Assembly: GCA_029936675.1 (NCBI GenBank)
Contig: JAPYSB010000002.1
Span: forward strand, 116,681-180,680
Source: Dehalococcoidia bacterium
Lineage (GTDB): Bacteria > Chloroflexota > Dehalococcoidia > Lucifugimonadales > UBA826
Direction of reading: 5' to 3'
DNA: 64,000 nt
The notes under the pieces were generated by a model. It did not search any database and was not told the DNA's origin. It saw only the letters and a list, made by a program, of their open reading frames with translations. This document shows, piece by piece, positions 24,966-35,137 of the stretch. Every line of letters starts with the position of its first letter. Positions within the stretch are counted from its first letter, which is position 1. The translations under genes were made by a program, and so were the position numbers.

Positions 24966-26054
24966 TCAATCTATCACGAATTCCGCGACTTTATCCCCTT
25001 CTATTCTCTCCCAATCGTATTCCACACCCAGACCAGGGCCGTCAGGTAACCCAACACACCCATCAGAATCGATAGATTCCAATTGATCTGAGTAATCACA
25101 TTTATAAACTGGAGGATTCGCGATATTTTTAAGTTTTGGGTGCATCAACCCCATCTCATAAAAATTTGAGTTCCTCATGCTCGCCATGCAATGCCTCTGT
25201 GCCGGGCCGGCAATATGAAGCTCCAAATCCATACCAAACCCTTCCGCCGCGCTGGCTATTTTCATAACACCGGTAATTCCTCCATCATATTCCGGATCTG
25301 CTCTCCAAAAATCAGTAGATTCAGCGATAGCCATATCAACATGGGCTTCGACTAAATGAATGTGTTCGCCTTGAAGAAGAGGAGTAGTAAGCATTTTTCT
25401 TAATTGTTTGTGAGCATATAACGACACTCCCCCATCTCTCATGGGATCTTCATACCAGAAAAATTGCTGCTCATCACAAGCGTGACCTACCGCTAAAGCC
25501 TCAGCAAATGTGTCATAAACACAGCATGGGTCTATCATCAAAGCCATTTTGCCACCCACTCGCCTCCCAACCGAGGTCACTGTTTCAATTTCCCTTTGTA
25601 TGTTAGATTCGGCCCAAGAATGAATCTTAAAACCCTGATATCCCATTGAAAGACATTGTTCGGCAAAATCAGCATAAGCTTCGGGTGAATTAAGCCCTCC
25701 TTTGGATCTATCTGCATGGTAAGTGCTTGCATATGCGGGTAGGCGATCCCGATAGCCACCGAGGAGCCTATAAATAGGTGCATTATGAACCTTGCCCGCG
25801 AGGTCCCACAAAGCTATATCGATAGGGCCAATTCCCATTCGGTCCTGCTTACGCAAGATTGACTTGGCCTGATTGTAAATTAATTCTCTTTCTAGGCCAT
25901 TTTTACCTATCAAAAAAGGCCCAAAGGATTGAATTTGCTCCGAAGTTCCGGGAGCAATACTCATATATTCCCCTGTTATTCCAGCTTCTGTGTGAATCTG
26001 GATGCCCAAAACATATCGAAACCCTTTACTGCCAGGTTCATAGAAAGGGCCCAT
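24966..26054 (-). CDS. Enolase-superfamily enzyme (mandelate racemase/acid-sugar dehydratase-like); N-terminus apparently incomplete
   Basis: Metal-ligand context ALMIDPCCVYD, FFWYEDPM, LLQGEHI and general-base region HIAGP. The upstream in-frame sequence KKIQLTRYKFPFADIGHDLSFA looks like the family's first beta-strand but has no start codon. Confidence 0.85.
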   Translation of the reverse strand: MGPFYEPGSKGFRYVLGIQIHTEAGITGEYMSIAPGTSEQIQSFGPFLIGKNGLERELIYNQAKSILRKQDRMGIGPIDIALWDLAGKVHNAPIYRLLGGYRDRLPAYASTYHADRSKGGLNSPEAYADFAEQCLSMGYQGFKIHSWAESNIQREIETVTSVGRRVGGKMALMIDPCCVYDTFAEALAVGHACDEQQFFWYEDPMRDGGVSLYAHKQLRKMLTTPLLQGEHIHLVEAHVDMAIAESTDFWRADPEYDGGITGVMKIASAAEGFGMDLELHIAGPAQRHCMASMRNSNFYEMGLMHPKLKNIANPPVYKCDYSDQLESIDSDGCVGLPDGPGLGVEYDWERIEGDKVAEFVID

Positions 26055-26212
26055 CGCGAAAGATAAATCGTGTCCAATATCAGCAAACGGAAATTTGTAC
26101 CTAGTAAGTTGTATTTTTTTATCGTTGGTGTGCTGCTCACATTTATCTCCATTTAAAGTATTCTAAAAATCTGAATGCTAATCCGTTTAAAAAATTTAGA
26201 TTGATTGGTATT

Positions 26213-27094
26213 TCAATTTGTATTATCAAATTCAGTAAGGCTTAAGTCAGCCCATTTCAAATTAGCACCTAGAAGGATCGCACCTCTAAGGTTCGACTCG
26301 CTAAGATCAGCCAAGGTAAGATCGGCCTCCTGAAAATCAGTGAAACCCAGGTTGGTTTTGGCAAGCTTCGCCATTTGCAGGCTAGCCCCTCTGAGCATGC
26401 ATCTTCTCAAACTAGCTTGAGTCAGGTTCGCGTTATCCAATCGAGCAAATTCTAACTTGGATGAATTTAAAACAGCCTTAACTAATTTGGCACCAGAGAG
26501 ATTTGCCCTAGTCATATCAGCTCCATTTAAGGCCGCTGACGTGAAATCGGAGAAACTAGCATCAGCACCTACCAACTTCACACTCCTAAGTGTGGCCATA
26601 GTTAGGTCGGCTCTTCGAATTATTGCACCGGACAAATCAGCTCCCCTTAGATTAGCGCTGACCAAAGATGAATAGCAAAGGTTTACACCTCCTGTCATAA
26701 AGGCTCCGCTCATATTGGAGCCCGTTAAATCACAGTGAGATAAATCCGAAGCATATAAACGGGCCTCCATCAGGTAAGTATCACTAAGATCTGATCCACT
26801 TAAGTCAGAATTTCTGAGATTGGCTTCCGCAAGAATACCTTCTGAAGATTTCACATTTGACAGATTAGATCCACTTAAATTGGCGCCCCTGAAATTGATA
26901 CCGCGAATATCAGCACCAGACAAATCAACACCACTTAACACCGATCTATGTAAGTTCAATCCGGTTAAATCTTTTCCTGCAAGACTCCCACCTTCAGAGA
27001 AAATCTCTAACACTTCTTTTTCGGTGAGGGTAGACACTATGAGTATGTACCTATTTTTTTCTAAATATATATTGGTTTGCAAATGATAATTCAA
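26213..27094 (-). CDS. Pentapeptide-repeat protein
   Basis: About 45 consecutive A(D/N)LxG-type pentapeptides, e.g. GVDLSGADIRGINFRGANLSGSNLSNV. Confidence 0.85.
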   Translation of the reverse strand: MNYHLQTNIYLEKNRYILIVSTLTEKEVLEIFSEGGSLAGKDLTGLNLHRSVLSGVDLSGADIRGINFRGANLSGSNLSNVKSSEGILAEANLRNSDLSGSDLSDTYLMEARLYASDLSHCDLTGSNMSGAFMTGGVNLCYSSLVSANLRGADLSGAIIRRADLTMATLRSVKLVGADASFSDFTSAALNGADMTRANLSGAKLVKAVLNSSKLEFARLDNANLTQASLRRCMLRGASLQMAKLAKTNLGFTDFQEADLTLADLSESNLRGAILLGANLKWADLSLTEFDNTN

Positions 27095-27166
27095 TTTGCT
27101 AAAAACTTATAATAGACTTCAGATAATTTTCGAAAATACTAATGAGTCAAAAATTGGGGAGTAAAT

Positions 27167-27460
27167 ATGCTGATCGTACAGAGAACATACACACCAAAAC
27201 CTGGTGGGGGCGGTTTGATAGGGCTTCTAAAAACTGTAAGTCAAAAGACTATTGAAGCTGGGCTGCCAGAAGTAAAAGTTTATCGGAAATTTTTGGGATC
27301 ACACGGCATTATTGTGACCACACAAGAATGGGAATCTATTGAGGTTTACAATGATTCCAGAAATATGGTTAGGCAAACTACCGAGATAACTTCCATCTTT
27401 GATCAAATATACCCACTTTTAGCTTCAACACACGTCACTGAGATATTGGAATCCATGTGA
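27167..27460 (+). CDS. Hypothetical small protein (possibly dimeric alpha/beta-barrel)
   Basis: 97-aa ORF with RBS GGGGAG immediately upstream, 46 nt before the GMC oxidoreductase gene. No motif I can name. Confidence 0.4.
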   Translation: MLIVQRTYTPKPGGGGLIGLLKTVSQKTIEAGLPEVKVYRKFLGSHGIIVTTQEWESIEVYNDSRNMVRQTTEITSIFDQIYPLLASTHVTEILESM

Positions 27461-27506
27461 TTGAAGTACCTTAAACAGTCGTACAGTGATCGGAAGGAGA
27501 GTTTAA

Positions 27507-29114
27507 TTGAGCGGTGACAAAAAGAAAGTAGACGTATTGGTAATTGGTGCAGGAGCCTCGGGAGCAGCCTTCACTTGGAAAATGGCAAAATCGGGAATGA
27601 AAGTGATGTGTCTAGAACAAGGTGATTGGCTAAACCCCTCAACTGACTATTCAACATCCAGCACCGATTGGGAAATACACAGGCAAACGGACTTTAATCC
27701 AAATCCTAATATTAGATCCTTGGATGTAGACTACCCGATCAATGATACGGAAAGCCCGATAGCTCCCCTAATGTACAACGCTGTCGGCGGTAGTACTATC
27801 CACTGGTCTGCCCATTTTCCTAGATTAAAACCATCTGATTTCCGAGTTAAAACATTGGATAATGTTGCGGACGATTGGCCACTGTCATATTTTGATCTTG
27901 AACCGTACTTTGCATTAAATGACGAAATGATGGGGGTTGCGGGACTCAATGGAGATACTGCTTATCCTCCAAAATCACCTCGGCAGACACCTCCAGTGGG
28001 CTTAGGAAAACTGGGAGATAAAATCGCTTCCGGATTCGACAAATTGGACTGGCATTGGTGGCCTTCAGATTCAGCAATAAATACGATCGAATATGACGGT
28101 CGGCCAGGCTGCAACAACTGCGGACCCTGTGACCTCGGATGTTCAATAAAAGCTAAATCAAGTACAGATGTTACCTACTGGCCTAAAGCATTGAAGTTGG
28201 GCGCCGAATTAATTACCAACGCCCGGGTGAGAGAGATTACGGTTGATCGATTTGGAAAGGCAAAAAGTGCCATATATTATGATAGTAATGGTGAGGTAAG
28301 AGAACAAAACGCTTCAATCATCGTTCTAGCCTCAAATGGTGTTGGAACACCTAGGATTCTATTAAATTCAGCATCATCTAGATTTCCTGATGGCCTGGCC
28401 AATTCAAGTGGTCTCGTAGGAAAGAACTTGATGTTCCATCCTTATTCGATAGTCACCGGCCTATTTGAGGAGGATTTGGAAGGACATAAAGGACCAACCC
28501 CCTTGAATATAATGAGTTCCGAGTTTTACGAAACAGATCCTACCCGAGATTTCATGAGGGGATATGCCTATCAAGTGGTCCGATCGTTAGCCCCTTTGGC
28601 AACAGCTCTTAGTGGGCACGTCCCATGGGGTGAAAATCACCATGAAATTTTCAAGAAGCGATTCAATAGAACTATAACATTTGCCGTGATAGGCGAAGAT
28701 TTACCAGAAATTCATAATAAAGTCACGATAGACCCAGAACTTACAGATTCTTTTGGTATACCGTCCCCAAAAATTGAATATAGGCTGAGTGAGAATAGCC
28801 GTAAAATGCTGGATCACGGCATCGGAACAGCCACTCAAGTCATGAAAACAGCAGGTGCGTTAGAAATCACACATGATCCTCTAAAACGAGAGGCCGGATG
28901 GCATCTGATGGGAACAGCGAAAATGGGAACCAACGAGGATAAATCTGTGGTAAACAAGTATGGTCAAACTCACGATGTAGATAACTTATATATTATCGAT
29001 GGAAGTATATTTGTTACCGTCGGAGCAGTTAATCCAACCTCCACTATCCAAGCCCTAGCGCTATACATCGCAGATCACATCGTATCCAAATCGGGAGAAT
29101 TCTTAACCCAATAG
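27507..29114 (+). CDS. GMC-family FAD-dependent oxidoreductase (gluconate 2-dehydrogenase flavoprotein-like)
   Basis: N-terminal Rossmann VDVLVIGAGASGAA. C-terminal GMC signatures HLMGTAKMG and NLYIIDGSIFVTVGAVNPTSTIQALA. TTG start after GGAAGGAGAG. Confidence 0.85.
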   Translation: MSGDKKKVDVLVIGAGASGAAFTWKMAKSGMKVMCLEQGDWLNPSTDYSTSSTDWEIHRQTDFNPNPNIRSLDVDYPINDTESPIAPLMYNAVGGSTIHWSAHFPRLKPSDFRVKTLDNVADDWPLSYFDLEPYFALNDEMMGVAGLNGDTAYPPKSPRQTPPVGLGKLGDKIASGFDKLDWHWWPSDSAINTIEYDGRPGCNNCGPCDLGCSIKAKSSTDVTYWPKALKLGAELITNARVREITVDRFGKAKSAIYYDSNGEVREQNASIIVLASNGVGTPRILLNSASSRFPDGLANSSGLVGKNLMFHPYSIVTGLFEEDLEGHKGPTPLNIMSSEFYETDPTRDFMRGYAYQVVRSLAPLATALSGHVPWGENHHEIFKKRFNRTITFAVIGEDLPEIHNKVTIDPELTDSFGIPSPKIEYRLSENSRKMLDHGIGTATQVMKTAGALEITHDPLKREAGWHLMGTAKMGTNEDKSVVNKYGQTHDVDNLYIIDGSIFVTVGAVNPTSTIQALALYIADHIVSKSGEFLTQ

Positions 29115-29138
29115 CACAGATTTAATGGAACCCACCTT

Positions 29139-29570
29139 ATGAGAACACTATCCAAAAACAACGCTGATATTTTAGACGAAATAGTAGATTTACTCATACC
29201 AGCAAAGGGAAATCTACCGTCTCCCTCAAAAATTAATGTTGTGGGCCACATAGACGATGCCCTTTCAAACACTCCTAAATTAAAGCGAATTTTTGTCGAA
29301 GGCCTTAGTGATATCAACAATGGAAAGTTTTTGTCTTTACCAAAAATAGAACAAATTGCCTTGTTGAAAAAATATGAATCGTCCAACGAGGCTTTTTTTT
29401 CGCAACTCCTGCGCCATACCTACAACGCATATTACACAAACCCGATAGTTACCGCCGGAATCGGCATGACGGGAAGACCGCCACAACCCATGGGTTACAC
29501 CTTGGAAAAAGGCAACCTCACATTATTGGATAAAGTTATAAAGAAAGGACAAATTTGGAGGAACCCATAG
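29139..29570 (+). CDS. Gluconate 2-dehydrogenase subunit 3-like small protein
   Basis: Sits directly after the GMC gene. ILDEIVDLLIPAKGNLPSPSKINVVGHIDDAL resembles the subunit-3 family core. No twin-arginine signal. Confidence 0.55.
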   Translation: MRTLSKNNADILDEIVDLLIPAKGNLPSPSKINVVGHIDDALSNTPKLKRIFVEGLSDINNGKFLSLPKIEQIALLKKYESSNEAFFSQLLRHTYNAYYTNPIVTAGIGMTGRPPQPMGYTLEKGNLTLLDKVIKKGQIWRNP

Positions 29571-29580
29571 CCATATGTGT

Positions 29581-31017
29581 CTAAAATCCTTCCCAAAATT
29601 TGTCAAAAGGATCCAAATGGTCTCCGAACTCTCGGCGGGCCTCAAACATTTTATTTCTCATGACATGAATATTTTCACGGTAACTTGGATGGTCAGATAA
29701 ATCATTCAGCTCATTGGGATCGATTGCCAGGTTGAATAATTGGGTCGACCGAACTCCTTTTACGTTGTATTCAATCAGCTTCCAGCCCTGATGCACCACC
29801 GCTCTCTGGATATCCTTATAGGCATGGTATAGGTAATCACGTGGGCCTATTTCATTTTCTTTTATAGCGCTAATCATGCTTTTGCCCAGAACGCTTTCAG
29901 GAATATCAATATTGATCATGTCACATATAGTGGGATATATATCCGTTGTATAAACCAAGGACTCTCGAGCCACATTACTGGGTATTCCAGGCCCACAAAA
30001 AATCATTGGTATATGTACACTATGATCATATAAATTTTGTTTTCCAAAAAGACCATGTCTACCCAGAGCAAGCCCATTGTCTCCCGCAAAAACTATGATG
30101 GTTTTATCAATCTGATCCGATGCTTTTAGCGCTTCCAAAATAACTCCTACCTGTGAGTCAAGATGAGACACCATGGCATAATATTCAGCGATATGGCATT
30201 TTACTTCAAATTCCTCTCTAGGAATTGTTACCAAAAGCTCATCTCTAGCATCAAGTTCGCCATTGTCAAACGGGTGCTGGCTCATGAAATTTTCCTCAAT
30301 CCCTATCTCCTCAGGAGGATACATATCGTAAAACTCCTGAGGAGTAGTTCGAGGATCATGCGGTGCCATAAAAGCTATATAGCAAAAGAAAGGGTTTTCC
30401 TTGTCGTAACTTAAAATGAAGTCTTCAGCCTGGCTTGCAAATAAGTTGCTAGAATGTTCTCCCGTATGAACATGATCGGCAATCTTCTCTTCCACTAAAG
30501 CAGGGACTCGATAGGATTGGACCCTCGTCTTATAGGTTTCAACAGGTTCGTACTGGTGCACAGGAATCATGTCTTTGGATATACGTCCAGGATATGTCCC
30601 CGATGGATCATAAGAATGGACTGGTACCATCCAGTGATCATATCCACCTCCAAAATAGATGTCGGCTCCATCTTGAAAGCTACGTGTATATGATTCTGTC
30701 CCGTTATGCCATTTACCAGTCCCCCAAGAATGGTATCCAGCTTTACCTAAAGTCTCTCCCAGCATAATGTGATCCTCTGGTATATGCTCTCCGGAATCTT
30801 CAAGGTGAAATAGTGTTCGCCCAGTCATCAACATAGCCCTACTCGGCATGCATACCGCCGTATCAGTACCTCCCATAATGTAGGCATTGGTAAGCGAAGT
30901 ACCATTTTGTACAAGCCAATCAATATTAGGAGTCGAGATGCTTTTATTGCCAAGAGCGTGAACAGTATCGAACCGTTGATCGTCAGTAAAAATTACTAAA
31001 ATGTTAGGCTTTGACAT
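29581..31017 (-). CDS. Sulfatase (formylglycine-dependent arylsulfatase family)
   Basis: KPNILVIFTDDQRFD and the C-x-P-x-R active-site box in AVCMPSRAMLMTGR. WHNGT further on. Confidence 0.9.
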   Translation of the reverse strand: MSKPNILVIFTDDQRFDTVHALGNKSISTPNIDWLVQNGTSLTNAYIMGGTDTAVCMPSRAMLMTGRTLFHLEDSGEHIPEDHIMLGETLGKAGYHSWGTGKWHNGTESYTRSFQDGADIYFGGGYDHWMVPVHSYDPSGTYPGRISKDMIPVHQYEPVETYKTRVQSYRVPALVEEKIADHVHTGEHSSNLFASQAEDFILSYDKENPFFCYIAFMAPHDPRTTPQEFYDMYPPEEIGIEENFMSQHPFDNGELDARDELLVTIPREEFEVKCHIAEYYAMVSHLDSQVGVILEALKASDQIDKTIIVFAGDNGLALGRHGLFGKQNLYDHSVHIPMIFCGPGIPSNVARESLVYTTDIYPTICDMINIDIPESVLGKSMISAIKENEIGPRDYLYHAYKDIQRAVVHQGWKLIEYNVKGVRSTQLFNLAIDPNELNDLSDHPSYRENIHVMRNKMFEARREFGDHLDPFDKFWEGF

Positions 31018-31838
31018 TATTTACCAATATAGGTTGGTTTTCTTTTTTCCAGGAAAGCTCTAACAGCTTCCTTTTGGTCCTCAGTGTCATAAAGCATTTC
31101 CCCCGCCGAATCCTCGTCAGAAACTATATCGTTCCAATCATGCATCCGAACCCGAAGTAATTGCTTAGTTTGCCTAACCGCCAAAGGTGGATTCTCAGCA
31201 ATCTCAATCGCTAATTCCATACATTCATCCAGTAAATCTGAAGAGGCGACAACATCATTCACCAGGCCTTTCGACAATGCCCATTCAGCATCGTATATTT
31301 TCCCGGTCAATGACATTTCTGCCGCAATACCATGCCCAGCTATAGCCTTGATGGTAGCAGAGGCCGCAGTATCAGGGACTAGTCCTCGCTTAACAAAAAT
31401 TGCTGAAAATCTTGATCTCTCAGTAGCGATCCTAATATCACTGGCGAGAGCAATAGATAATCCAGCTCCCACTGCCGCCCCGTTTACTGCGGCGATGACT
31501 GGTTGCGGTAAATTACGGATAGTTGGAGCCAGTTCCTGTATCCTTCGACGTCCTGGAGCAGATTTACCTCTGCCCCTTCTGTTTTCTGATCCAGAGGAAC
31601 CCATTCGAGACAAATCCGCGCCGGAGCAAAATGCATTACCATTTCCCGTAATGACTAACACACGAATTTCAGGAAATAGATTTGGCAATTCATCCAAAAT
31701 CTCGTGAAATTCCAAAGTTAGTTCACGATTTAACGCATTCATGACCTCAGGCCTGTCGAGGGTTAAGAATCCGATATGGTCATTTACGCTAAACGATAGA
31801 TTTTTATAATTCTTCATTTTAGTTTCCTTTGGTTGCAT
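31017..31838 (-). CDS. Enoyl-CoA hydratase/isomerase (crotonase family)
   Basis: LDRPEVMNALN, VLVITGNGNAFCSGADL, PVIAAVNGAAVGAGLSIALASDIRIA. The stop overlaps the sulfatase start by 1 nt (TAATG). Confidence 0.9.
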   Translation of the reverse strand: MQPKETKMKNYKNLSFSVNDHIGFLTLDRPEVMNALNRELTLEFHEILDELPNLFPEIRVLVITGNGNAFCSGADLSRMGSSGSENRRGRGKSAPGRRRIQELAPTIRNLPQPVIAAVNGAAVGAGLSIALASDIRIATERSRFSAIFVKRGLVPDTAASATIKAIAGHGIAAEMSLTGKIYDAEWALSKGLVNDVVASSDLLDECMELAIEIAENPPLAVRQTKQLLRVRMHDWNDIVSDEDSAGEMLYDTEDQKEAVRAFLEKRKPTYIGK

Positions 31839-31901
31839 AATGATATTGACCAGAACTATAAAAAATACCCAACCAGATTGAAGTCAATGATATTGACTTA
31901 C

Positions 31902-32879
31902 CTAACGTAACACCAAATTTAAGGCTCTTTCCAAATAAGTCTGAACCAACTGTAACTTATAACCATTTTGGCTAAGAATTTTTGCATCTGCAAAAGCCTC
32001 AGCACTAATTGCCTGCACATCTATATCTTCCACACAATATCCGATTAATTTTTGCTCCGTTGAAGTCAAATGCCAAGGGGTCGGAGCGACGCCTCCCGCT
32101 GCTATTCCAACCCCAGTAATTAATCCATTTTCCATTTTGACCATAGCAGCTACACTTGCAATTGCGAAGTCCATCGATTGTCGTTCCTTTGCCTTAAGAA
32201 AAACGTTTTTCCCATCCATTGATTCTTTTGGTATTTGCACTGAGATTAAAATATCTCCTGGCTCCAGAATATTCTCTCTAGTTACGGCAACTTCAGGTCC
32301 GATAAAAAAATCCCTAATAGGAATAGTGACTCTTTGAAAATTCCTGAAAATATCCACCTTTGCCTTTAAAGCAACCAAGACTGTTGCAGAATCCGAAGGA
32401 TGGACGATGTAGCAAGAATCCGCCCCCCCCAAAATCGCATTATATTTATTGGAGCCTCCGATCGCAAAACATTTTTCTCCACCTTTTTTAAGACAATTAA
32501 ATCGGACGTTCCGATAGTACCAACACCTTGGCCTTTGACATAAATTACCCCCTAAGGTAGCAATATTCCGTATTTGTGGAGTAGCGATGGAAATTGCCGC
32601 TTCTGCCAAACTTTTTATTCTAGATCCAATATTCGTATCACTCGCAATCTCATCAAGAGTAACCATGGACCCTATCGTTAATCCAGAATTATTCCATACA
32701 ATTCCAAACATATCTTTAATATCTGACGCACTGATTAGCAATTCCGGTTCAATGACACCTTGTTTCATTTCAGTCATTAGATCAGTACCACCAGCCAAAA
32801 AATGCCCTCGACCAACACCGTTCAGGAGCTTTGAGGCTCCCTCTAATTCAGTTGGTTTGTAAAATGTGAAAGGTTTCAT
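31902..32879 (-). CDS. Molybdenum hydroxylase FAD-binding (medium) subunit
   Basis: MKPFTFYKPTELEGASKLL...FLAGGTDLM and ATLGGNL are typical of CoxM/XdhB-type FAD_binding_5 proteins. 4-nt ATGA overlap with the large subunit. Confidence 0.85.
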   Translation of the reverse strand: MKPFTFYKPTELEGASKLLNGVGRGHFLAGGTDLMTEMKQGVIEPELLISASDIKDMFGIVWNNSGLTIGSMVTLDEIASDTNIGSRIKSLAEAAISIATPQIRNIATLGGNLCQRPRCWYYRNVRFNCLKKGGEKCFAIGGSNKYNAILGGADSCYIVHPSDSATVLVALKAKVDIFRNFQRVTIPIRDFFIGPEVAVTRENILEPGDILISVQIPKESMDGKNVFLKAKERQSMDFAIASVAAMVKMENGLITGVGIAAGGVAPTPWHLTSTEQKLIGYCVEDIDVQAISAEAFADAKILSQNGYKLQLVQTYLERALNLVLR

Positions 32880-35137
32880 CGAAGTTTTCTCAGCGCTGTT
32901 AAAACATTATCCGGTGTAAAAGGCAAATGATTTAGCCTTACACCAGTAGCATGATACAAAGCGTTAGCGATGGTTGGCGCAGGAGCAATACACGGAGTTT
33001 CCCCCAAGGATTTAGCCCCAAAAGGACCAACGGGGTCTATTGAATCCGCAAAAATAACCTCGATCTCCGGGTACTCCATTATAGTAGGGCTTTTATGTTC
33101 CAAAAAACTTGCATTGAGAGTCACTCCACTCAAATCATCTATTTCCATATCTTCCAGAAAAGTAAATCCCATCATTTGAGAAATTCCCCCACGCACCTGA
33201 CTTTCGGCCATTCTTGGATTGATTATCTTACCTGAATCATGCGCAGCGACATATTTGATAACTTTTACATAGCCTGTTTCTATATCCACTTCGATTTCTG
33301 CAAAATGGGCTCCAAATGAATTAACTATGTAATCTTTGCTTCCCGGAGTGACAGAAACGGTGGTTTTAAGTAAACCTGATTTTTTTACCAAATCTGTAAA
33401 ATTGACTTCATCACCACTAGTAGAACACACCCCTTCGGGGGTGATATACAAACCCTCTGTATCAGTTAATCCTATTACCTCTGAGGCTGACTCAATAACA
33501 ATCTGGGCTAGTTGGTTAGCGGCCCGAACGGCCGCCTGTCCAGCAGAAAAGGTAAGAGTTGAGCCGGCTGTCATTGGGGATTGAGGAGTATTATCAGTAT
33601 TCCCACTGTTAAGTCTTACCATTTGGGGCAATACACCTAACGTGTCGGCAGCCATTTGCAAAACGACGGTTGAGCTACCCTCGCCAACATCCATGAAACC
33701 AACATTTAAAGTAAAAAATCCGTCTTCATCTAGAGACATTTTCGCATTTGATTGACCTCCTGGGCCACCTCGGTAAATAAACATACTCATCCCGATTCCT
33801 CTCCTGATGGATCCGGTAGGAGTTTGAATTTGATCTCTTCTTTCCCAGCCAATTGCATCAGCGCCAAGGATTAGACATTGCCGTAATTCATTACTGGAAA
33901 AAGGGATTCCACCCTCTACAGGTTGAGTGTCAATAATCTGGTTTTTCGGTGTCGTCCTCTCTCCAGGTTGTCCTTCAGGGCCTACATGATTCATGAGGCG
34001 AAATTTCAGAGGATCGATGTTCAATTTATCAGCAACTTGATCTGACAAAGACTCCAAAGCAAAATGACCTTGAGGTGCCCCTAATGCTCGATAAGATCCT
34101 GCGGTAGGGGTATTTGTATACACGATCTGGCCTTCATATTTCACGTTGGGACACCTGTAAAGGTAAAGAGCTCCCTGACCTGCCCTTCTAACTACCCCTG
34201 GACCTGATGAAAGATACGCCCCCGTGTCCATAATTGTTTTAACATGTACTGCGGTAACGGTTCCATCTTTTTTGACACCCATTTTTATTTTTGTAAAAGT
34301 AGAGTGTCTTCTTCTTCCAGCCAAAAATTCTTCTTCTCTACTTAGTTCCAATTTGACTGGCCTACCTGTTCTCATGGATAGCAAGGCTGCCAAAACTGAA
34401 GTTCGAGTTTCATCTTTACTGCCATAGCCTCCCCCCATTACAGGTCCTATAACAGTAATATTATTAGGATCCACATCCAAAGCAGAAGCCAAAATAGCCT
34501 TATCTGCATGAATCCCTCTGCTAGGTTTCCACATTGTGAGTCTAGTCCCATCCCATGATGCAAGCGCAGCACGTGGTTCTAGAGAAGCCGGATGATGGTC
34601 TGGTGTAGTGAATGAATCTTCTACGATATAGTCTGCTTGATCAAAACCCTCTTCAACATTCCCTCTTGCCTCAACTATGGGTCCTCCATTAACTACATTT
34701 CCTTGAGAATGTATCTTAGGGTTTCCTTTTTTCATAGAAGTATCCATATTCGTTGAGAATGGTAATACCTCATATGAAACCTTGATTAAATCTATGGCGG
34801 CATCGGCCTCATAGACGTTAACTGCCGCAATTACCGCAATCTCGTCTCCAACAAATCGCACTTTAGTATCCAAAATTGGCACATCAGGAGCTACCTTGCC
34901 TCCACCTACATTAAATGGGGTCAAAACATCGTAAACCCCCACCATGTTCAAAGCCGGTTGCACATCAATACTCAAAATGTTGGCATGGGGATGCGGGCTC
35001 CTAAGCACCCGTGCGTGAAGCATATCTGGCAAAGATAAATCCGCTGTATATTTGGCAATACCTAGTACTTTATCTCTCAAATCTGCCCGCTGAAAAGAAG
35101 TGCCTACGGATGGTGGGTGGGCATTTTGATCAACCAT
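32876..35137 (-). CDS. Molybdopterin-binding large subunit of xanthine dehydrogenase/aldehyde oxidase family
   Basis: 753 aa. GIAKYTADL, MHARVLRSPHPHA, GGGYGSK, SYRALGAPQGHFALES, GKIINPRMAESQVRGG. The active-site loop is not the CODH type. Confidence 0.9.
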   Translation of the reverse strand: MVDQNAHPPSVGTSFQRADLRDKVLGIAKYTADLSLPDMLHARVLRSPHPHANILSIDVQPALNMVGVYDVLTPFNVGGGKVAPDVPILDTKVRFVGDEIAVIAAVNVYEADAAIDLIKVSYEVLPFSTNMDTSMKKGNPKIHSQGNVVNGGPIVEARGNVEEGFDQADYIVEDSFTTPDHHPASLEPRAALASWDGTRLTMWKPSRGIHADKAILASALDVDPNNITVIGPVMGGGYGSKDETRTSVLAALLSMRTGRPVKLELSREEEFLAGRRRHSTFTKIKMGVKKDGTVTAVHVKTIMDTGAYLSSGPGVVRRAGQGALYLYRCPNVKYEGQIVYTNTPTAGSYRALGAPQGHFALESLSDQVADKLNIDPLKFRLMNHVGPEGQPGERTTPKNQIIDTQPVEGGIPFSSNELRQCLILGADAIGWERRDQIQTPTGSIRRGIGMSMFIYRGGPGGQSNAKMSLDEDGFFTLNVGFMDVGEGSSTVVLQMAADTLGVLPQMVRLNSGNTDNTPQSPMTAGSTLTFSAGQAAVRAANQLAQIVIESASEVIGLTDTEGLYITPEGVCSTSGDEVNFTDLVKKSGLLKTTVSVTPGSKDYIVNSFGAHFAEIEVDIETGYVKVIKYVAAHDSGKIINPRMAESQVRGGISQMMGFTFLEDMEIDDLSGVTLNASFLEHKSPTIMEYPEIEVIFADSIDPVGPFGAKSLGETPCIAPAPTIANALYHATGVRLNHLPFTPDNVLTALRKLR

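Noticed and set aside
32876-35137. Calling the S-L-M cluster a carbon monoxide dehydrogenase (coxSLM)
   Set aside because: Where form I CODH has AYRCSFR and form II has AYRGAGR, this protein reads SYRALGAP (in AGSYRALGAPQGHFALES). The cluster is also fused to lactonase, crotonase and sulfatase genes. A generic Mo-hydroxylase is the supportable call.
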